Positions 11,200 through 19,493 of a DNA stretch of 22,885 nucleotides are shown here, one piece after another. The stretch lies in IMG/VR virus record IMGVR_UViG_2049941000_000078. One strand, 5' to 3'. Every line of letters begins with the position of its first letter. Within the stretch, counting starts at the first letter, position 1. Source of the DNA: an uncultured virus (IMG/VR IMGVR_UViG_2049941000_000078) (taxonomy: Duplodnaviria; Heunggongvirae; Uroviricota; Caudoviricetes). The notes below the pieces were generated by a model. The model made no database searches, was not told the DNA's origin, and saw nothing but the letters and a program-made list of their open reading frames with translations. Both the position numbers and the translations under genes were made by a program.

Positions 11200-11223
11200 G
11201 GGCTCGCAGCGGCGAGCCTTTTT
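11200..11223 (+). terminator. Intrinsic terminator after tail tube gene
   Basis: GGCTCGC-agcg-GCGAGCC-TTTTT; 28 nt identical to 7241-7268. Confidence 0.8.
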
Positions 11224-11231
11224 CGTTTCGG

Positions 11232-11267
11232 GAAAACCCCGAGCACGTTTTTGGCTGATTGGTAGAA
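11232..11267 (+). promoter_or_regulatory. Candidate late promoter GAAAACC-N23-GTAGAA
   Basis: Same motif and spacing at 19112 and 21246; lies between terminator and ATG 11286. Confidence 0.5.
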
Positions 11268-11285
11268 GTAAAAACAAGATAGAAG

Positions 11286-11933
11286 ATGAAATACTTAACG
11301 ACAGATTACATCCGCCAGCACTCGCGCATTGACTTCGACTGCGAGGACGCACTCTTAGACCTCTACGGAAACGCAGCGGACACCTATCAGGAGATGCTNN
11401 NNNNNNNNTGCGAGGACGCACTTTTAGACCTCTACGGAAACGCCGCGGAGGATGCCATGCAGGGCATACTGGGCCGCAGTTACGAAGACATCGTGGAGAC
11501 ATTCGGCGAGGTGACGGACGATGAGGAGACCGACCGCCCTGTGCCTGCCGCAATCATCAACGGCACGCTGCTTATAGCCAACTATCTGTATGAGAACAGA
11601 TCGCTGGATTCGCAGATACCTGTCAACGTGGTGCCAGGGCTGCCGCTTCTCATTAAGCCATACGTAAGGCTGGCAGGCACATTCGGCAACGACCAGAAGA
11701 ACCGATGCATATCGCGACTGGATCAGCAGCGACAGATACTCGACTACATGTGCGCATCGGTGGACATCCGAAAGGACGCAACGCTGGCCGATCTGTATGG
11801 ACGGATAGCAACATACAAAAATTGGTGGAGCCAGTTTGACGACCCTGCGCCCATCATCTGCGCCGACATGAAGGTGCAGACCGAGAAGCTGGAGAAGGAT
11901 GTGAAGGACTATTTGGAAACATTAAACGCATAG
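11286..11933 (+). CDS. Head-tail connector (HK97 gp6/SPP1 gp15-like) with C-terminal extension
   Basis: IRQHSRIDFDCEDALLDLYGNAAED...VPAAII.GTLL...LYENR...LLIKPYVRL; short allelic duplication around gap 11399-11408. Confidence 0.88.
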   Translation: MKYLTTDYIRQHSRIDFDCEDALLDLYGNAADTYQEMXXXXCEDALLDLYGNAAEDAMQGILGRSYEDIVETFGEVTDDEETDRPVPAAIINGTLLIANYLYENRSLDSQIPVNVVPGLPLLIKPYVRLAGTFGNDQKNRCISRLDQQRQILDYMCASVDIRKDATLADLYGRIATYKNWWSQFDDPAPIICADMKVQTEKLEKDVKDYLETLNA

Positions 11934-11937
11934 GATT

Positions 11938-12544
11938 ATGGCAGATATAAATATTGTGAACCAGGGCGATGTGACAAAGTTTATCATCACCTCTCAGAAC
12001 CCAGTACTCGACATGGAACTTTGTGACTTCTATGTGGAACTGACATGGGGCATGTTCCGACAAAAGAAGACCATTCAGAAGAGCGAGATGCTATATGGGA
12101 CGGAGGGCGAATACGTGATGAGGGTGGACACCTCGAAGATGGTTGGTAAGGTGACAGCCCGCTTCGTGTGGTATGCCATCGACACCGACATTGATCCAGA
12201 CAATCGCCGACGTGAGATTGACGAACAGACGATTATGTTTGTGACCACCGATCCATGCCCCAAGTTCTTCGCCTGCAATGCGCNNNNNNNNNNNNNNNNN
12301 NNNNNNNNNNNNNNNNNNNNNNNNNNNNNNNNNNNNNNNNNNNNNNNNNNNNNNNNNNNNNNNNNNNNNNNNNNNNNNNNNNNNNNCAAAGTATCTGCGC
12401 CTGTGCGCCACAGAGATGGTGATACCAGAACATGGCGATCCTTACCCAATCTATCGACCACTCATCACACGCAACGACGAGTATCTCTACGTGCTGCGTG
12501 AGAGTGCTCAGTCCATCGCCGAGCAATTGAATATTAATAATTAA
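11938..12544 (+). CDS. Hypothetical beta-rich virion protein preceding the fibre (gap 12284-12386; ends in the frame KYLRLC...LNINN*)
   Basis: Good start 4 nt after the connector stop; the post-gap frame ending at 12544 abuts the next gene. Confidence 0.6.
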
Positions 12545-12555
12545 AAAATAAGATT

Positions 12556-12913
12556 ATGGCAGACTACAGATTGACCCAATCAGGCGACGAGGTTCAGGAG
12601 TTGCTGAACCAGGTTACACCCAACCAGCAATCCATTGAAGGCTTGCAGAATGACAAAGTGGATAAAGTTCCAGGCAAGGGACTCTCCGACGAGAACTTCA
12701 CCGAAGTCGAGAAAACCAAACTTGGAAACCTGCCCACTGAGCAAGAGTTAAACACCGAACTCGGTAAGAAAGCGACCGTCGTTTCTCTCGGTGAGGAAAC
12801 GCAAGCCCGCGAGCATGCCGATCAGACACTACAGCAACACATCGATTCAGAAGAGGTCCGTGCCAAGGCCGCTGAGAAACAGAATGCCGACGACATCGAC
12901 GCTATCGAGGCCA
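12556..12913 (+). CDS. N-terminus of giant repetitive fibre protein (likely DGR target)
   Basis: KVDKVPGKGLSDENFT..EKTKL fibre-type motif; ends in AAEKQNADDIDAIEA, whose DNA recurs at ~14561-14605. Confidence 0.75.
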
Positions 12914-12923
12914 NNNNNNNNNN

Positions 12924-13212
12924 GAAGCAACAGGATGTTCTTCAGGTTGGACATGGGAGGCCAGCTGTAAGATCTGCGCTCTCTCGGAAGTCCAGGTATA
13001 TGGTTCCGTAGTATGGAGCTCATCAGGATACGACACAGGAGAGGCATGCCGCCAACTCGACGTATTCCGCCACTATAACCATACCGAAATCTTCGGTGGC
13101 GAGTATCCTTGGCTGCGTGATGTGGTTTCAGCTTCCTATGCCGCCTATGCGGACAACTACGGCGGCGCGTACAGTCGCGCTGCGTCGTATGCCTATTACG
13201 TCGCTGCGCTTA
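12924..13212 (+). CDS. DGR target C-terminal domain (C-type-lectin-like/DUF6273-like), misplaced contig
   Basis: Frame from 12924: EATGCSSGWTWEASCKICALSEVQVYGSVVWSSSGYDTGEACRQLDVFRHYNHTEIFGGEYPWLRDVVSASYAAYADNYGGAYSRAASYAYYVAAL; contains the VR. Confidence 0.85.
13122..13212 (+). repeat. DGR variable repeat (VR), 3' end lost in gap
   Basis: 91-nt ungapped match to 16996-17086 with 14 mismatches, all at TR adenines. Confidence 0.96.
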
Positions 13213-13222
13213 NNNNNNNNNN

Positions 13223-13952
13223 CATTGCCAACTACTACACGAAGGCCGAGGTGGATGCGCTCATTGCGAACTTCATCACGAAGTCGGTGAACGATTTGGT
13301 GAACTATTACCTGAAGAGCGACACCTACACCAAGGCAGAGGTGCAGCAGCTCATCGACGCGGTGAAGCAGTTCACCTATCAGAGTGTGGCAGTTCTTCCG
13401 ACAGCTTCGGCCGACACGATGAACAAAATCTATCTCGTTCCCAGCACGAATCCTGAGACCAAGAATGTGAAGGATGAGTATATCACCATCGCAGTGACCG
13501 ACCAAGGTACGACCACTTATTCATGGGAGCAGATTGGTACAACCACCGTTGACCTCTCCGGCTACTACACAAGCCAACAGACTGATGCGGCTATCAGCGC
13601 AGCTCTGAATGCGGCATTGGCATCATACAGCACAACCGAGCAGATGAACACGGCCATCGCCACCGCCATCGCCAACTATTATACGAAGGCACAGGTGGAC
13701 GCTCTGATAGCCAACTTCATCACCAAGTCGGTGAACGACCTCGTGAACTACTATCTAAAGAGCGACACCTATACCAAGGCAGAGGTGCAGCAGCTCATCG
13801 ACGCGGTGAAGCAGTTCACCTATCAGAGTGTGGCAGAACTGCCAACGGCATCTGCTGACACGATGAATAAAATATACCTCGTGCCATCAGCCAACCCTCA
13901 GACGCGAAACGTGAAGGATGAGTTTATCACCATCGCAGTGACCGACCAAGGC
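13223..13952 (+). CDS. Internal repeat fragment of giant fibre protein
   Basis: Two tandem copies of IANYYTKA.VDALIANFITKSVNDLVNYYLKSDTY...LPTASADTMNKIYLVPS...KDE.IT; third copy at ~15238-15540. Confidence 0.8.
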
Positions 13953-13962
13953 NNNNNNNNNN

Positions 13963-16318
13963 CGACAAACAATTTGTGAATCAGAGCATTCAGACCGCAA
14001 CGGCTGTGTTCCGTGGTACTTATAACCTCGTGAGCGACCTCCACCTCGAAGTGGGAGCCTCGCGTGCCGACATCATCGAGGCACTCGGAGCCACCATCAG
14101 TGGTGCAGACAACAATGACTACTGTTTCGTTCAGATTCCAACCGCCACCGCCACACCGACGGAAATTGCAGCCATCGACCGCTACAAGTTCAATGGATCG
14201 GCATGGGCATATGAGTACACCCTGAACAACTCAGGCTTCACCGCCTCTCAGTGGGATGCCATCAACTCGACGATCACCAGCGGACTGGTTGCCAAATTGT
14301 CTGCCCTGCCCACGAACGCAGAGCTCACCACGTTACTCGCTGGCAAGCAGGCCGTGATTGCCGACCTCTCAAACATTCGTTCGGGAGCCGCTGCCGGTGC
14401 TACAGCCTACCAAAAACCAGGTGCAGGAATACCGAAGAGCGACCTCACCAGTGGCGTGCAGACATCGCTCCAGAAGGCAGACGACGCAGCGCCACAGGCT
14501 ACGACCTACACCAAAACACAGGTGGACGGGCTGGTAGGCGACGAGGAAACCCGCGCCCGTGCCGCTGAGAAACAGAATGCCGACGACATCGACGCTATCG
14601 AGGCCAAAATCCCAGTGGCAGCTACCTCACAGAATCAGTTGGCAGACAAGGATTTTGTAAACAGCAGCATCGCCACGAACACCGCCAACTTCAAGGGTTC
14701 GTATAACGAAGTGAGCGACCTTCAATTGACACCCGCCGCCAGTCGTGCCGACATCGCCACAGCCCTCGCTGGCACCATCACGGGAGCCGACAACAACGAC
14801 TACTGTTTCGTTCAGATTCCGACAGCCGTAGGCACACCGAACGAGATTGCCCGTGTGGAGCGTTACAAGTTCAATGGAACGGCTTGGGCATTCGAGTTCG
14901 AGCTGAACAACTCAGGCTTCACCGCCGATCAGTGGGATGCCATCAACTCGACGATCACCAGCGGACTGGTAACAAAGCTATTAGCCCTGCCGACCGACTC
15001 GGAACTGACTACATTGCTCGCCGGCAAGCAGGCTGTGATCTCTGACCTTCAGACCATCCGAGAGGGTGCAGCCGCAGGTGCCACCGCTTATCAGAAGCCA
15101 GGCACAGGAATCCCAGACACCGACCTCTCCAGTGGTGTGCAGACATCGCTCGGCAAGGCTGAGAGTGCCTACCAGAAACCATCAGGAGGTATACCAAAGA
15201 CCGACCTGACCGCTGAGCTTCAGGCGGAGATCGCATCGTTCATCACCAAGGCCGTCAACGATCTGACGAACTATTATCTGAAGTCGGAAACCTACAACAA
15301 GACTGAGGTGGACGCTATGGTTGCCGCCATCAAGCAGTTCCAACTTGTGGCCGTACAGACTCTACCGACTGCATCGGCTGACACACTCAACAAGATCTAT
15401 CTCGTTCCGTCAGCCAATCCGCAGACTCAGAACACGAAGGATGAGTATATCACCCTTATGGTAGATGAGCAGGGTACTATCACATACAACTGGGAGTGTA
15501 TCGGTTCTACAGAGGTTGACCTCACGAACTACTACACAAAGAGCCAGACGGATTCTGCCATCACAGCGGCCATTAACGCTGCCTTGGCATCGTACTCCAC
15601 CACAGCCCAGGTTGGTACGCTCATCTCGACGGCCATTAGCTCAGCTTTGGCGGCATACGCTACAAAGGAATATGTCAGCAGCCAGGTACAGGAGTATGCC
15701 GGAACCTTCCGTGGTACCTACAACACTCTGGCAGATCTGGAGGCCACCACAGGCAACCATCATAACGATTATGCCTGGGTACAGGTGACGGATTCCGATG
15801 GCGACAACGATTACGATCGCTATAAGTACAATGGATCCGCATGGATATTTGAATATCGTCTGAACAATACTCACTTCTCGGCTGCTGAGCTTGCATCCAT
15901 CCAAAGCGGCATGACAACCGCCAAGCGAGAGAAGCTGGATGCTCTGCCGACAAATACAGAGCTGATCACGAAGTTCAACGCCCTCACCCGTCACACCCGC
16001 CTGACTGACTTTGATCTAAACACTCTGAAACAGGCTGTGGCTGACCAGAACCTGGAGAAGTACGGGCTGAAGGTGGGCGACCAGAAGACTATCAATGGTC
16101 ATACTTACGTTATCGCAGGATTGAACCCAATGAAGGGTACCTCTACGCCATACCGTCTGACGATAAACCATGTCGGCCTGATCGTCATCCCTCACACTAC
16201 CCAGAAATGGAATGAGAGCGGTAACACATACACAGGTGCCGATGGTCGTGGTGCCGGATATATGAATAGTGATCTGCACTATTATCTAAAGAATACTCTG
16301 CTGCCATTGGTAGAGACT
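13963..16318 (+). CDS. Main body of giant repetitive fibre protein, up to the start of the lectin-like domain
   Basis: About 785 open codons with repeated FRGTYN...DNNDY...RYKFNG.AW.FE..LNN modules; ends HVGLIVIP...GYMNSDLHYYLKNTLLPLVET at gap. Confidence 0.85.
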
Positions 16319-16647
16319 NNNNNNNNNNNNNNNNNNNNNNNNNNNNNNNNNNNNNNNNNNNNNNNNNNNNNNNNNNNNNNNNNNNNNNNNNNNNNNNNNN
16401 NNNNNNNNNNNNNNNNNNNNNNNNNNNNNNNNNNNNNNNNNNNNNNNNNNNNNNNNNNNNNNNNNNNNNNNNNNNNNNNNNNNNNNNNNNNNNNNNNNNN
16501 NNNNNNNNNNNNNNNNNNNNNNNNNNNNNNNNNNNNNNNNNNNNNNNNNNNNNNNNNNNNNNNNNNNNNNNNNNNNNNNNNNNNNNNNNNNNNNNNNNNN
16601 NNNNNNNNNNNNNNNNNNNNNNNNNNNNNNNNNNNNNNNNNNNNNNN

Positions 16648-16972
16648 CACGATCCAGCAGCACAAGCTGTTCATCAAGTCGCGAGCAGAAGCACTCGAAC
16701 ATCTGACTGACGAGCTCGTCTATCATATCAAGATCGCAAATTCGATCTATCCGACATGTTATGAGGAATGGGCCGATCGTCGCGTCGAGATGGGAAAGGC
16801 CATCGGAACCTGTTACGCAATCCTGACAAATCTCCAGAGAGTGATGATGCGGCTCAGGATACCAGATAACAAGTACACCGAAGACGTTAAGAACATCACG
16901 AAGATGATCAATAGTCTGAAATCTTGGCGTAAAAGCGACAACGCTCTAAAATCTGCACTCGAACAAAAATAA
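16648..16972 (+). CDS. avd: DGR accessory variability determinant (Avd-like four-helix bundle), 5'-truncated
   Basis: Helical protein with IANSIYP...RR...AIGTC...LKSWRKSD; ends 23 nt before the TR. Confidence 0.8.
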
Positions 16973-16995
16973 CGATAAACGGTCTGGCTCTGAAA

Positions 16996-17086
16996 GTGGT
17001 TTCAGCTTCCAATGCCGCCAATGCGAACAACAACGGCAACGCGAACAATAACACTGCGTCGAATGCCAATTACGTCGCTGCGATTA
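16996..17086 (+). ncRNA. DGR template repeat (TR); true boundaries may extend slightly further
   Basis: Intergenic between avd and RT; 11 AAY codons in the VR frame; adenine-specific mismatches to the VR. Confidence 0.95.
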
Positions 17087-17190
17087 AACTCTGCGCCATG
17101 CGTACTGACAGATCGGAACACAAGGGCCGACACAATCAGGTTCAGAGAATTAAGGAGAGACAGACCTTCCGCCTTTATGACGGTGAATGG

Positions 17191-17246
17191 GCAGGGTGAC
17201 GCATCCTGATACGTCAGATGGTGCTATCAGCACCCTGCATTTTTTC
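17191..17246 (+). other. Structured element in the TR-RT spacer
   Basis: GCAGGGTG (17191-98) pairs with CACCCTGC (17231-38); inner CTGA-tacg-TCAG or CTGATA/TATCAG pairing; followed by T-run. Confidence 0.6.
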
Positions 17247-17263
17247 TTTAAACGCATAGGATT

Positions 17264-18400
17264 ATGGCAACAATAGAACAGCTCATGGAGCTTCAGAATC
17301 TGAATGAGTGCGCCTGGGAATGCACGAAGCAGAGCCGCTGGAAGGAGACAACCCAGCGGTACCTGGCCAATATGTTGCAAAAGAACCTGGAACTGCGCGA
17401 GGAAGTGCTCAGCGGCAGCTATGCCGTAAAGCCGACTGTTGATTTCATACTCAACGAACGCGGACACGTCCGGCAGATCGAAGCACCCGTAGTTCGCGAT
17501 CGCATCGTACAGAAGTCGCTCATGAAGCATGTCCTGACTCCATCACTCACCCCATATCTCATCTACGACAATTATGCCTCGCTGAAGGATCGAGGTACAG
17601 CCTTCGCCCGCAAACGCTTCGAGATCATGCTGCGCAGATATGTCGCCAAGAACGGCATCGACGGATATATCCTCCTTATAGATATCAAAAAGTATTTCGG
17701 CAACGTCGATCATGAGGTGTTGAAGCAGCTCATCGCCCCGAAGCTCACCCAGGAGCCTTCCGACATAATGAAGCTGATCCACTATGTCATCGACACCAGC
17801 TCACACAGCGAGAAAGGGCTGAATCTTGGAAGCGAGTGCCCTCAGATCTTTGCCGTTTACTATCTGAATCCCATCGACCAATTCATGAAGGTGGTGAGGG
17901 GCGTAAAGTATTACGGGCGATATATGGATGATATCTTTGTCATCGGGCGATCGAAGGCTGAGCTGAGCGAACTCCTGGGAGATATCAAAAAGCAACTGGC
18001 AGATCTGCTGCTGGAGGTGAACGAGAAGAAAACTCACATCGTAAAACTGTCTCACGGATTCACCTGGCTGCAAGTGAAATACCAGGTTAAACCGACAGGC
18101 AGGATCCTGAAGATGCTGAGCCATGGCAAAATAGTTCGAGAGCGCAGGAGGCTGAAAGCATTTAGGAGGATGTTCAACAAAGGACAGATGACGGAGGATG
18201 AGATCTGGAATGCTTACCAGTCATGGCGTGGTACCATCATCATAGACCATAACGCCTGTGCCAGATCCATCGAGGCGATGGATAAACTCTACGCCAGCCT
18301 ATTCCCGCCACACAAAGAAGCACCGAAGCCAAGTCGGAGAGCACTCGTTATCCAGGCAAACCGTGAACTGGATCCTGAAGATCTGAAATATATTGTTTAA
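17264..18400 (+). CDS. DGR reverse transcriptase (378 aa)
   Basis: ERGHVRQI, RDRIVQK, DIKKYF, GLNLGSECPQ, YGRYMDD (17921-17932); no group II intron maturase/endonuclease extension; adjacent TR. Confidence 0.96.
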   Translation: MATIEQLMELQNLNECAWECTKQSRWKETTQRYLANMLQKNLELREEVLSGSYAVKPTVDFILNERGHVRQIEAPVVRDRIVQKSLMKHVLTPSLTPYLIYDNYASLKDRGTAFARKRFEIMLRRYVAKNGIDGYILLIDIKKYFGNVDHEVLKQLIAPKLTQEPSDIMKLIHYVIDTSSHSEKGLNLGSECPQIFAVYYLNPIDQFMKVVRGVKYYGRYMDDIFVIGRSKAELSELLGDIKKQLADLLLEVNEKKTHIVKLSHGFTWLQVKYQVKPTGRILKMLSHGKIVRERRRLKAFRRMFNKGQMTEDEIWNAYQSWRGTIIIDHNACARSIEAMDKLYASLFPPHKEAPKPSRRALVIQANRELDPEDLKYIV

Positions 18401-18421
18401 TTAAAGATAGGAGATATCATT

Positions 18422-19069
18422 ATGAACGAAGATCAGAATTTTGATTTGAAGAACGCGCTGAGAGCTGAGCGAGCACAGCTCATGAGTTCACTTTCAGCCG
18501 ACACATCACCCATTGGTGGATGGAAAGTGACAGAGATCTACGAAGCCCGCATGCGTGGCGAGGCAGATCCCTATGATTTTGAGCAGCTGGCCACCCAACG
18601 CCAGGCAGCTCGCAACCGCATCAATGTCATTGACATCGAGCTGGCCAAACTCGACGGCATCAGCCCGACACCTGAGCAGCTGCTTGATATTGCCAAGGCA
18701 GAGAAGCAGACTGAAATCACGGAGAATGACAACTCTGCCAATGTTAACTCATTCATCATCGGTGGCGTACCCATGTGGCTTGGCTTCGAGCAGCGCAGCC
18801 GCCTGAAAGCATCACTCGAAGCGATCGAGGATGCCGGAGGCACAGAGATGACAAAGAGCTTCGGAGGTATCGAATATACCTTCAGTTGTGACCAATGGCA
18901 AGCCATGATCAATGCCGTCGAAAACTATGCCGGAGCATGCCAGACGGTTACGGAGGGCCATCGCCAGGCAGTACAGACCCTGAGAACAATCTCAGACGTA
19001 CAAAACTACGACCACACCACGGGCTATCCGCCAAAGATCAATTTTGACACTTATTTTAGTGCCCAGTAA
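18422..19069 (+). CDS. Tail-fibre assembly/chaperone-like protein (DUF4376-like C-terminal domain)
   Basis: AKAEK..EI...D.S.NVNSF...MWL...R...YA..C..VT..H..AV..L...YD.TTGYP pattern; extra N-terminal PYD...RQAARNRIN domain. Confidence 0.7.
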   Translation: MNEDQNFDLKNALRAERAQLMSSLSADTSPIGGWKVTEIYEARMRGEADPYDFEQLATQRQAARNRINVIDIELAKLDGISPTPEQLLDIAKAEKQTEITENDNSANVNSFIIGGVPMWLGFEQRSRLKASLEAIEDAGGTEMTKSFGGIEYTFSCDQWQAMINAVENYAGACQTVTEGHRQAVQTLRTISDVQNYDHTTGYPPKINFDTYFSAQ

Positions 19070-19070
19070 C

Positions 19071-19105
19071 AGAAGAAGAGGATCCTACAAGATCCTCTTC
19101 TTTTT
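19071..19105 (+). terminator. Intrinsic terminator closing the fibre/DGR unit
   Basis: Perfect 12-bp stem AAGAAGAGGATC-ctacaa-GATCCTCTTCTT plus T-run. Confidence 0.85.
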
Positions 19106-19111
19106 ATGTCG

Positions 19112-19147
19112 GTAAACCTCAAACCTATTTTCTTAGGAAAAATAAAA
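19112..19147 (+). promoter_or_regulatory. Candidate late promoter GTAAACC-N23-ATAAAA
   Basis: Follows terminator, precedes head-closure gene; same spacing as the other copies. Confidence 0.45.
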
Positions 19148-19471
19148 ATGGGATATTCAGCAGGATTCTTATATACCCGCGTGACGATCCGCAACAAGGT
19201 TGCACCGACGGGGAATAACTTCGGAACGACAACGAAGTACGAAGACGTGTGCTGTGTATGGGCAAACGTTACCTGGAGTAAGGGCGTGAAGGCTCTGCAC
19301 GAAGGTGCGCTCGATGCTTATGACACGGTATTGATTCGCATGCGATGGAATAACATCGTGAGCCGCGACTCTCTCATCGTCCACGATGGTACCACCTATC
19401 AGATTATATCGTTCCACGTCGACCGGCGCGAGAACACCATCCAGATCACTGCCCAAGAGATTGTGCAATAA
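19148..19471 (+). CDS. Head closure / head-tail joining protein (SPP1 gp16-like)
   Basis: MGYSAGFLYTRVTI...VWANV...IRMRW...TYQI...IQITAQE; ATG 19148 preferred because 19106 abuts the terminator. Confidence 0.88.
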   Translation: MGYSAGFLYTRVTIRNKVAPTGNNFGTTTKYEDVCCVWANVTWSKGVKALHEGALDAYDTVLIRMRWNNIVSRDSLIVHDGTTYQIISFHVDRRENTIQITAQEIVQ

Positions 19472-19493
19472 TGACATAAAACCCAGAAGAATT

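Larger units (their letters stand above)
16648..18400 (+). mobile_element. Diversity-generating retroelement core cassette (avd-TR-spacer-RT)
   Basis: All components on one contig in canonical order; matching VR present in the window. Confidence 0.95.

Noticed and set aside
11378..11398. 21-nt match to 6124-6144 (GGACACCTATCAGGAGATGCT)
   Set aside because: At a contig tip and breaks the connector sequence; likely chimeric assembly tip
13122..13979. 285-aa ORF placing the VR at an N-terminus
   Set aside because: The frame is open upstream to 12924, and the downstream part lies across a gap on another contig
13976..16972. 998-aa ORF suggesting a fibre-Avd fusion
   Set aside because: The frame is carried through 329 Ns; the two sides are different genes
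16996..17199. 67-aa Asn-rich ORF
   Set aside because: It is the template repeat and spacer read in the VR frame; no evidence it is a protein
17264..18400. Group II intron, retron or Abi-type RT
   Set aside because: Size, motifs, adjacent Avd-like gene and the TR/VR pair indicate a DGR RT
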